DNA of 64,000 nucleotides from the NCBI GenBank assembly GCA_009839485.1, contig VXPQ01000032.1:26982-90981 (forward strand). The letters run 5' to 3'. The notes under the pieces were generated by a model. The model searched no databases, was not told the origin of the DNA, and worked only from the letters and a program-made list of their open reading frames with translations. The stretch is from Bacteroidetes bacterium SB0662_bin_6. Lineage in GTDB: Bacteria; Bacteroidota; Rhodothermia; Rhodothermales; VXPQ01. Positions within the stretch are counted from its first letter, which is position 1, and every line of letters begins with the position of its first letter. Below are positions 17,692 to 25,088 of the stretch, piece after piece. A program made the translations under genes and the position numbers.

Positions 17692-19770
17692 TTATGCGAT
17701 GAGCGGCGCAATTACCAGTGCCACTACCGCAATCAATTTAATCAGAATATTCAAACTGGGCCCACTCGTATCCTTAAGCGGATCGCCGACCGTATCTCCT
17801 ACTACCGAAGCCTTGTGGGCGTCGCTGCCCTTTCCGTACATGGTCCCACTGATAGAAATGTTCCCTTCGATCAACTTCTTGGCGTTATCCCAGGCGCCGC
17901 CCGCATTGGCCTGAAAAATAGCGAAAAGCACGCCGGAAACCAGTACGCCGGCCAGCAGCCCGCCCAGCATGCTTTTGTCGATGAACCCCACAATGACCGG
18001 CGCCGCGATAGCCAACAGACCCGGCGCAATCATTTCGCGAATGGCCGCCTTCGTGGAAATATCGACGCACCGGGTGTGGTCGGCCGGAACCGTACCTTCG
18101 CGCAGCCCGGCAATCTCCCGGAATTGTCGTCCTACCTCGACAATCATGTGACCGGCTGCACGGCCCACGGCACCCATCGCCATGGCGCTGAACACGTACG
18201 GTAACATGGCCCCGAGCAGCAATCCGGACAGGATGCGCGGATTGGCCACATCGATGTTGGGTACTTCCGCCTGCTGCAGGTACGCCGCGAAAAGAGCCAG
18301 CGCCGTCAGCGCAGCAGAACCGATAGCGAACCCCTTCCCGATCGCGGCCGTCGTGTTCCCGACCGCGTCGAGTTTATCGGTGCGCGCCCGGACCTCTTCC
18401 GGCAACCCCGCCATCTCCGCAATGCCGCCTGCATTGTCAGAGATAGGCCCGTATGCGTCGACCGCAAGCTGAATGCCGGTCACCGACAACATGCCCACCG
18501 CCGCAATGGCGATACCGTACAGCCCGGCAAAATGGTATGCCCCCAGGATCGCCATAGCCAGAATGACTGCCGGAAGACCCGTGGAAAACATACCCACTCC
18601 GAGACCGGCAATGATATTCGTGGCGGATCCGGTTACGCTTTGCCTGGCGATGCCACGCGCCGGGCGCCCCTGCGTGGATGTGTAGTACTCCGTGACAAGA
18701 CCGATGGAAACCCCTGTAAACAATCCGATCAATACGGTCCAGAACACGCCCAGCGAGGTGTATTCCACGCCCGCAGCCTCCCATTGCGCCGGCAACATAC
18801 CCCGGATAATAAAATACGCCAGTACGGCCATAAGGCCTGCTGCCCCGAATCCACCGGTGTTGAGCGCTTTCTGAGGATTCCCTCCTTCTTTCACTTTGAC
18901 CGCCAGCGAGGCGAGGATCGAAACGACCACGCCGACGCCCGCAAGCGCCAACGGCAGCGTAACGCCGCTGAGTTCCGCCACGCCGGCCTCTGCAAAGGGG
19001 CCGACGAACATGGCTCCCAGCACCATTGCCGCGATAATGGAGCCGACGAACGACTCGAAAAGATCGGCCCCCATACCGGCCACATCCCCTACATTATCTC
19101 CCACATTGTCCGCGATCGTGGCGGGATTGCGGGGGTCGTCCTCAGGGATGCCCTCGTACACCTTACCTGCCAGATCGGCGCCCACATCGGCGGCCTTCGT
19201 ATAGACTCCGCCGCCCACGCGCGCAAACAGTGCAATGGAAGAAGCCCCCAGTGAAAAGCCGGAAATGACCTGGATAATCTTCGCAGCATCCCATCCAACG
19301 CCACTGTACACAAGAAAAAGCCCGCCCAGTCCCAGCACACCCAATCCCACCACGCACAAACCCATGACCAGGCCGCCCGAAAAAGCCACGTTGAGCGCAG
19401 GGGCCAGACCGGTCCGCGCCGCATTGGCCGTGCGGACGTTGGCGCGCGTCGCGACGGTCATCCCGATAAATCCGGCCAGGCCGGAAGCCAGCGCACCCGT
19501 CACGAACGAAACGGCAATGAGCCAGGATGTATCCGGCGCAGCCATGTTCACCACAGCCAGAAATACGGCCACCACTACTACAAAAACCGAAAGCACGCGG
19601 TACTCCCGGCGCAGAAACGCCCGGGCGCCATCCGCGATATACCCGGCGATCTCCACCATCTTCTCCGTACCCGTGCTCTGGCGACCGATCCAGCGTGTCC
19701 GCAGAAAAGCATAGGCCAGCGCCAGGAAGCCGGAGGCAAGCACAAGAAAAACAATCGTTTCGGCAGTCAT
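17692..19770 (-). CDS. hppA: Membrane-bound ion-translocating pyrophosphatase
   Basis: [17 protein letters not shown] and [22 protein letters not shown] signatures. Start set to [10 protein letters not shown] at 19770 (TGATG overlap with the pth stop). Confidence 0.95.
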   Translation of the reverse strand: MTAETIVFLVLASGFLALAYAFLRTRWIGRQSTGTEKMVEIAGYIADGARAFLRREYRVLSVFVVVVAVFLAVVNMAAPDTSWLIAVSFVTGALASGLAGFIGMTVATRANVRTANAARTGLAPALNVAFSGGLVMGLCVVGLGVLGLGGLFLVYSGVGWDAAKIIQVISGFSLGASSIALFARVGGGVYTKAADVGADLAGKVYEGIPEDDPRNPATIADNVGDNVGDVAGMGADLFESFVGSIIAAMVLGAMFVGPFAEAGVAELSGVTLPLALAGVGVVVSILASLAVKVKEGGNPQKALNTGGFGAAGLMAVLAYFIIRGMLPAQWEAAGVEYTSLGVFWTVLIGLFTGVSIGLVTEYYTSTQGRPARGIARQSVTGSATNIIAGLGVGMFSTGLPAVILAMAILGAYHFAGLYGIAIAAVGMLSVTGIQLAVDAYGPISDNAGGIAEMAGLPEEVRARTDKLDAVGNTTAAIGKGFAIGSAALTALALFAAYLQQAEVPNIDVANPRILSGLLLGAMLPYVFSAMAMGAVGRAAGHMIVEVGRQFREIAGLREGTVPADHTRCVDISTKAAIREMIAPGLLAIAAPVIVGFIDKSMLGGLLAGVLVSGVLFAIFQANAGGAWDNAKKLIEGNISISGTMYGKGSDAHKASVVGDTVGDPLKDTSGPSLNILIKLIAVVALVIAPLIA

Positions 19771-20351
19771 CAGGTTACGTCTCTGTTGAATCGGTTCATG
19801 GCGATCGAAATGCCCTCGCACACGAACGCCTCTACAGCATCCCGAGCCCGGATCACGGCCTCGTCCATGGATAATCGCTCTCGGGGAGAAAACGGGGACA
19901 GTACATGTTGCACTTGTCCGCCTCGAGAAAAGTCGTTGCCGACGCCGATGCGAAGCCGTGGAAAATCGTGGTGGCCCAGGCGATCGACAATATCCTGCAC
20001 CCCATTGTGTCCGCCGGCGCTTCCCGAAGCGCGCAGACGCAACCGGCCCGGCGCAAGGTTGATGTCGTCCACGATCACGAGCATTTGCCGGGGGGCCATG
20101 CGCCAGATACCAAGCAATGTACTAATGGCTTTGCCGCTGCGGTTCATGAAGGTCAGCGGCTTGGCGATTCCGACGGGATAGCTGCGAATACGCCCCCACC
20201 CCAGCAACACATTTCCGCGCCCATGCTCGAAGACCGCTCCGGCACGTTCCGCCACCGCATCGGCCACCTCGAACCCGATATTGTGCCGCGTCGCTTCATA
20301 TTCCGCGCCCGGATTCCCAAGCCCGACGATGAGGCGCTTCGATTTTGACAT
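19770..20351 (-). CDS. pth: Peptidyl-tRNA hydrolase
   Basis: [22 protein letters not shown]-terminus and the GHNG region. Confidence 0.95.
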   Translation of the reverse strand: MSKSKRLIVGLGNPGAEYEATRHNIGFEVADAVAERAGAVFEHGRGNVLLGWGRIRSYPVGIAKPLTFMNRSGKAISTLLGIWRMAPRQMLVIVDDINLAPGRLRLRASGSAGGHNGVQDIVDRLGHHDFPRLRIGVGNDFSRGGQVQHVLSPFSPRERLSMDEAVIRARDAVEAFVCEGISIAMNRFNRDVT

Positions 20352-20366
20352 GGCCGGCTACGACGA

Positions 20367-21008
20367 TTAGGCATCGCCCTCTTCCGTCTCCTCTGCGGAA
20401 TCGACCGCCTCATCTGCATCGGTCTCTTCCGCTTCCTCTTCAACCTCCTCAACTTCTTCTACCACGACGCGCGGCTGTACCACGGTAACGACGGTCTGTT
20501 CGGGACGCCCCTGAAAGGTAAGACCTTCCCATTCCAGATCACGGATATGAATAGCGTCTCCGATGGACAACTCCGAAATGTCCACCTCAATGTGCGAGGG
20601 GATGTCTCTGGGAAGACAGCGTACTTCCAATTCATGCGTAATGACCTGCACGTTGCCGCCTTCGCGCTGCCCGATGGGTGTCCCCTCGAAATGGACAGGG
20701 ACCACGAGCGTCAACATTTCGCCCGTCTTGAGCGCCATGAAATCGGCATGAAGGGGACGATCCGTAACCGGATGCAATGCCGCATCCTTCAGAATGCATC
20801 GAAACGTTTTCCCGTCCAGCCGCACTTCCACAATGTGCGTCTCCGCCGTATAAACAAGCTTTTTCAGGTGCTCCTCAGCCAGCTGGAAAATCACGGGCTC
20901 CATATGATGCCCATACAACACGCACGGTACATTGCCCGCGCGGCGAACGGCGCGAGCCGCCGACTTGCCGACTGCGCGCTTTTCAACGTCAAACGTAAGA
21001 GTATCCAT
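20367..21008 (-). CDS. rplY: 50S ribosomal protein L25/Ctc with acidic C-terminal tail
   Basis: Two-domain L25/Ctc pattern (GNVPCVLYG..., HPVTDRPLHADF). Located between prs and pth, as in many bacteria. Confidence 0.9.
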   Translation of the reverse strand: MDTLTFDVEKRAVGKSAARAVRRAGNVPCVLYGHHMEPVIFQLAEEHLKKLVYTAETHIVEVRLDGKTFRCILKDAALHPVTDRPLHADFMALKTGEMLTLVVPVHFEGTPIGQREGGNVQVITHELEVRCLPRDIPSHIEVDISELSIGDAIHIRDLEWEGLTFQGRPEQTVVTVVQPRVVVEEVEEVEEEAEETDADEAVDSAEETEEGDA

Positions 21009-21056
21009 GATCTATGGAATACGATGAATCGTACAATGAATGCGAAAACCGCCCGC

Positions 21057-22004
21057 CTAATCCGCGAACAGCGTCGAAATGGAATCTTCCGTGTAAATGC
21101 GGCGAATAGCATCCGAAAACAACTCGGCGACACTGACGACATCGATGCGCTCCGAGGAACGCTTCAAGGGTATTGTATCCGTCACAACCACCTTGGATAT
21201 TTCCGAGTTTTCTATCCGCTCATAGGCCGGTCCCGACAGCAGCGCATGCGTACAGGCCGCAACGATTTCCTTGCATCCCGCTTTGCGGAGCGCCCCGGCT
21301 GCCCTGGTCAGGGTCCCCGCCGTATCGCACATATCGTCAATAAGAATCACGTTTCGCCCGGCTACTTCACCGATAATGTTCACCACTTCGGCTTCGTTCT
21401 GTCGGGGACGCCGCTTGTCAATAACCGCAAGTTCGGCGTCGAGCCGCCTGGCGTACGACCGCGCCACCTTGATTGCGCCCACATCAGGAGCTACGACTAC
21501 GACATTGTCGAGTTGCAATTTCCTGAAATAGCTGGTTAGAACACCGGATCCATATAAATGATCCACTGGCACATCGAAGAAACCCTGAATCTGCGGAGCA
21601 TGCAAATCCATCGTAAGAATGCGATGAACACCGGCCGTTGCCAGCATATCCGCCATCAGCTTCGCGGCAATGGAAACACGGGGCTGATCCTTCCGATCCT
21701 GCCGCGCATAGCCGAAATAGGGCATGACTGCCGTGACCCGCTCCGCGGACGCCCGCTTTGCCGCGTCGATAAGCAGAAGCAACTCGAGCCAATGGTCCGC
21801 ACCGGGCTGCGTGCTCTGGATAATGAAGAGATCCGAACCCCGTATGGATTCGCCATACCGCACGTAGATTTCCCCGTCTGCAAAATCCTTGATCGTCAGC
21901 TCGCCGAGTTGTTGTCCGTACGCGGCGGCGATTTTCTCCGCCAGCGGCGGATTCGAACGCCCGGAAAAAATGGAAATAGGGGTATCCCTGACAGATTTGT
22001 TCAT
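21057..22004 (-). CDS. prs: Ribose-phosphate pyrophosphokinase
   Basis: YFGYARQDRK, DLHAPQIQGFF and VLIDDMCDTAGT motifs. Confidence 0.95.
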   Translation of the reverse strand: MNKSVRDTPISIFSGRSNPPLAEKIAAAYGQQLGELTIKDFADGEIYVRYGESIRGSDLFIIQSTQPGADHWLELLLLIDAAKRASAERVTAVMPYFGYARQDRKDQPRVSIAAKLMADMLATAGVHRILTMDLHAPQIQGFFDVPVDHLYGSGVLTSYFRKLQLDNVVVVAPDVGAIKVARSYARRLDAELAVIDKRRPRQNEAEVVNIIGEVAGRNVILIDDMCDTAGTLTRAAGALRKAGCKEIVAACTHALLSGPAYERIENSEISKVVVTDTIPLKRSSERIDVVSVAELFSDAIRRIYTEDSISTLFAD

Positions 22005-22059
22005 AGTTAACGAATCAGCTTCAACCGGAAATGTTGTTCATTGTCTGCCGGATGCATCG

Positions 22060-22130
22060 TTGCCCGGGGAGGACTCGAACCTCCACATACGGCTCCAAAG
22101 GCCGCTGTCCTGCCATTAGACGACCGGGCA
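22060..22130 (-). tRNA. tRNA-Gln (anticodon UUG)
   Basis: Manual cloverleaf. Acceptor UGCCCGG/CCGGGCA with the U1-A72 pair. D-stem GUCU/GGAC. Anticodon stem GCGGC/GCCGU with loop CUUUGGA. T-arm GGAGG-UUCGAGU-CCUCC. No encoded CCA. Confidence 0.9.
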
Positions 22131-22294
22131 AGAAGTCGGAAACAAGGGAATGAAAATTATCGCGCACATGCGGCCTAATCAACGACCGCTGCCCACAGTG
22201 GTTTCTGCAACAGATGGACGAATTGGATCATATAACGGAATATGGGGTTCAGCAGTCGTGTTTTCGTCCTGTTTCTTCATTCCCACGGCATTGC

Positions 22295-22960
22295 ATGCTC
22301 AGTCAGGCCGTTGAAGATTACATCAAGGCCATTTACCGGATCCGGCAAAGCGGGCAACCGGCGTCCACCAGTGACATTGCCCGGGCCCTGAACGTCTCCG
22401 CCGCATCCGTCACGAACATGGCCAAACGGCTGGCGCAACTCGGTCTGGCAGAGTACGAATCGTACCAAGGCGTCCGGCTCACGGAGACGGGAAACAAGGT
22501 CGCTCTTGAAATCATCCGCCACCACCGCTTGCTCGAACTGTATCTGCGCAATGTGATGGGTTATCCCTGGGACAAGGTGCACGAAGAGGCGGAGTTGCTC
22601 GAACATCATATTTCCGAAGAATTCGAGCGCAAGATCGATGAAATGCTGGGGCATCCGACCCACGATCCGCATGGAGATCCCATTCCAACGCGCGAAGGCG
22701 AAATAGCCGAACGCAACACGAATCCCCTCGCCGCTGTGGAGCCCGGAACCCATGTCACGATCGAACGCGTGTCCGACGAAGATCCCAAATTACTGGATCA
22801 CCTCGAAAGCCTGGGGCTGTTGCCCGGCGCTGCGCTCGAAGTCATCGGGAAAGAGCCTTTCGAGGGACCCCTGAAGATCCGCCTATGCGATCGGGAGCAT
22901 ATTCTCGGATACCAGCTCGCCAACCATATTTTTGTGGACGTTTCGACCGAAAAGACCTGA
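22295..22960 (+). CDS. DtxR/MntR-family metal-dependent transcriptional repressor
   Basis: MLSQAVEDYIKAIYRI start. wHTH region DIARALNVSAASVTNMAKRL. Metal-binding region HHRLLELYL...HEEAE..EH. C-terminal SH3/FeoA-like domain. Start moved to 22295. Confidence 0.85.
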   Translation: MLSQAVEDYIKAIYRIRQSGQPASTSDIARALNVSAASVTNMAKRLAQLGLAEYESYQGVRLTETGNKVALEIIRHHRLLELYLRNVMGYPWDKVHEEAELLEHHISEEFERKIDEMLGHPTHDPHGDPIPTREGEIAERNTNPLAAVEPGTHVTIERVSDEDPKLLDHLESLGLLPGAALEVIGKEPFEGPLKIRLCDREHILGYQLANHIFVDVSTEKT

Positions 22961-22965
22961 AACGT

Positions 22966-23952
22966 TCATCCCGTCGCGTCTGCAAGCGCCTCCAGCACCA
23001 CATCGTGCAAAAGCCCGTTCGTGGCCACAATACCCATGTTCCGCTCGAGTTGTGCACCGCACCGGAAATCAAGCGGGCGGCCTGCCATGTCCGTAACCAT
23101 GCCGCCTGCCTCCTCCACAATGAGCGCGCCCGCAGCATGATCCCATATATTCTCGATATATCCCGAACGGGCAGTCAGACGGAGGTAAATATCCGCGTCC
23201 CCGCGGGCCAGTACGCCATATTTCGCCTGACTGTCTATACGGAGCGAGGCGGCTTCTACGCCCAAATGCGTCGCCACGGCAGCCACATCCCGGCGGGAGC
23301 CGTGATTTGATTCGAAAGGCTCGCAAAGCCGGGCTTGCGCGCCGGTGGCTACGGTACGCACCCGGATGGACTGCCAGACCGTATCCCCGGTGTCGTGAAG
23401 GGGAGCCTGAAACGCCCCTTCCCCCCGGTGCGCCGCAAACACGGCCCCCTTCTCATTACCCCCTTGCGCATCGCAGGGTAAATCGGGACAAGCCATGGCC
23501 GCCACGGTGATCCGCCCATCCATGATCAACGCCAGGGCCACAACATACTGATCGCACCGCAGAAATCCCTTCGTACCATCGATCGGATCCAGGGTCCAGA
23601 AACGTTCGGTGTATCCGGTCGCAGTGCCCCTGTCGATCCAGGCGCATACCGACTCGTGTGTTGCGCCGGGAAGCACCTGCGCCACCTCGGTGGTCACCTT
23701 GTCAAGCACGCTCTTGTTTTCCGGCAGGCGCAAGACAGCCGAATCCTCCTCGCCAATTACAGGGTCATGCGGAAACGCTTCCTGCAGCGCATGGCATACG
23801 ACCGCCTGACTTCCAAAATCCGCAACCGTAACCGGAGAACGATCTTCTTTCCTGAGCGCGGATTGTCCCAGCGTTTTCTGAACGGACATGCAGACACGCG
23901 CCGCCCTGCGCACCGCATGGACGGCGACATCGAACTCTGCCTGGTATTTCAT
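22966..23952 (-). CDS. 3'(2'),5'-bisphosphate nucleotidase (HAL2/CysQ, inositol monophosphatase superfamily)
   Basis: SPVTVADF, WTLDPIDGTKGF and IWDHAAG motifs. Start at 23952 (MKYQAEFDVAV). ATGA overlap with the upstream gene. Confidence 0.8.
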   Translation of the reverse strand: MKYQAEFDVAVHAVRRAARVCMSVQKTLGQSALRKEDRSPVTVADFGSQAVVCHALQEAFPHDPVIGEEDSAVLRLPENKSVLDKVTTEVAQVLPGATHESVCAWIDRGTATGYTERFWTLDPIDGTKGFLRCDQYVVALALIMDGRITVAAMACPDLPCDAQGGNEKGAVFAAHRGEGAFQAPLHDTGDTVWQSIRVRTVATGAQARLCEPFESNHGSRRDVAAVATHLGVEAASLRIDSQAKYGVLARGDADIYLRLTARSGYIENIWDHAAGALIVEEAGGMVTDMAGRPLDFRCGAQLERNMGIVATNGLLHDVVLEALADATG

Positions 23953-24452
23953 AGGGTTGGCTGGGTATCGCTTGCAGGATCCCCTGCAGAAACTGCTTCG
24001 AAAGGCGGAATGCAATCCATAAAATCGTCCGGGCGATCAGACGGCCAGCAGTAATGGCGCAATCCGTTGGTTACGGCAAGATAACGCGCCCCGACGACTC
24101 TGTTATATTTCGCGATCTGCTCAAACGCCGCGGATCCTATGCGAACCTCCGGCGCCTTGCATTCCACCATCAGGGACGGGATGCCCTGCCGATCATGCGC
24201 GACAATGTCGGCGCGACGGGACATGCCCTGGTATTCGAAGTGCATCTCAACGGCAATAAGAGCCGGCGGATAGCCGCAATCCCGGATGAGAAAATGCAAA
24301 AAATGCACGCGCACCCATTCCTCAGGAACAAGGCGCACATACTTTTGGCGTACGGGATCGAATACGTATCGGGAATCTTTTTCCGCCCCCGATCGGATGC
24401 GAAGAGGGCAGGCCGGCAGATTCAGCCGCGGAAAGCCATCTGCTCCGGTCAA
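23949..24452 (-). CDS. HsdR N-terminal-domain (HSDR_N_2, PD-(D/E)xK fold) protein
   Basis: PEEWVRVHFLHFLI...RADIVAHD...SLMVECKAP...YLAVTNG matches the conserved core of the small standalone HsdR_N_2 family. The D...ECK nuclease-like motif is present. Confidence 0.8.
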   Translation of the reverse strand: MTGADGFPRLNLPACPLRIRSGAEKDSRYVFDPVRQKYVRLVPEEWVRVHFLHFLIRDCGYPPALIAVEMHFEYQGMSRRADIVAHDRQGIPSLMVECKAPEVRIGSAAFEQIAKYNRVVGARYLAVTNGLRHYCWPSDRPDDFMDCIPPFEAVSAGDPASDTQPTL

Positions 24453-24670
24453 TCTTTCTGAATAACCGTTATGTCCGGCATGGTCTTGGGCCGGCGATAG
24501 AGCGACCCCTTCGAACCGTTGATGGAAACGTTTTGCTGAACCATATCCCAGTTTTTCTCAATCTCGGCTTCGTCCCCGTTGAACGGGGCCGAGCCGGTTC
24601 CGGACCGGCCAAAATCGAAAACGTAGAGGTTATTGGGAATTCCCAGAAGGACTTGTGTCGGCATCTGCAT
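24449..24670 (-). CDS. Small hypothetical protein (73 aa) translationally coupled to the HsdR_N gene
   Basis: ORF MQMPTQVLLGIPNNLYVFDFGRSG...ITVIQKD. Its stop overlaps the next start (ATGA). I chose the start at 24670 because the longer version (24745) would run through a strong hairpin. No recognisable family. Confidence 0.35.
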   Translation of the reverse strand: MQMPTQVLLGIPNNLYVFDFGRSGTGSAPFNGDEAEIEKNWDMVQQNVSINGSKGSLYRRPKTMPDITVIQKD

Positions 24671-24700
24671 AACGCAACAGGAAAAACTTGTTGAGGCAAA

Positions 24701-24740
24701 ACCGGAAAATGCACGGGGTGGACATAACACATTTTCCGGT
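24701..24740 (-). terminator. Perfect 11 bp-stem hairpin followed by a T-run on the minus strand (terminator or attenuator-like)
   Basis: ACCGGAAAATG (24701-11) pairs with CATTTTCCGGT (24730-40) across an 18 nt loop. On the minus strand the stem is followed by TTTGCC. Confidence 0.35.
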
Positions 24741-25088
24741 AACAAACTAATGGTAGACCGCCTTTCCTGTAAAGTTTCCTTGAAGATGCGTTTTTTCGGA
24801 GATTATGTACGTACGGGGGCTATATCCGCCCAGGCCATTCATGTCGTCTCGCGCTCCACCCCCCTTATACCTGGTCGTGTTAGGGCCTGTTAGCACTATA
24901 CAGCGATGCTCTGTTCCGTCAGGCACGGGGTCAATCAAGGCGTGAGGAGTGAAGTTTGGTGGTTCCAAATGAGCGACGAGCAACGAAGAGTGACCCCGTG
25001 ACCGGCGGAACCCGAAGGGCGGGGCCTATTTTCCCGCCATGCGGCGTTGCCGCTCGCTTATGTGGCTGGCCACACTGCGCTTGCGCGC
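24741..25088 (-). other. About 350 nt non-coding, strongly self-complementary region downstream of the P450 gene (candidate 3'UTR or ncRNA)
   Basis: No credible ORF. Perfect inverted repeats: CACGGGGTCA 24924-33 / TGACCCCGTG 24991-25000; GGCGGG 25018-23 / CCCGCC 25033-38; GCGGC 25041-45 / GCCGC 25049-53. Contains a copy of the intergenic motif at 24880-99. Confidence 0.25.
24880..24899 (+). repeat. Intergenic motif copy b (TTAGGGCCTGTTAGCACTAT)
   Basis: Lies inside the 24741-25088 non-coding region. Similarity to the reconstructed copy d extends about 15 nt further (CACTATaCAGCGatGCT). Confidence 0.6.

Noticed and set aside
22005-22025. GTTAAC-containing sequence upstream of prs (reverse complement GATTCGTTAACTATG), considered as a sixth copy of the intergenic motif.
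   Set aside because: It shares only GTTAAC..TAT and lacks the AGGGCCTG half. It is too degenerate to count.
24905-25000. 31-codon ORF (MLCSVRHGVNQGVRSEVWWFQMSDEQRRVTP) starting just after the motif copy in the large spacer.
   Set aside because: It is too short and has no start context or recognisable features. It coincides with the arms of a 10 bp inverted repeat, so the RNA/DNA-structure interpretation is preferred.
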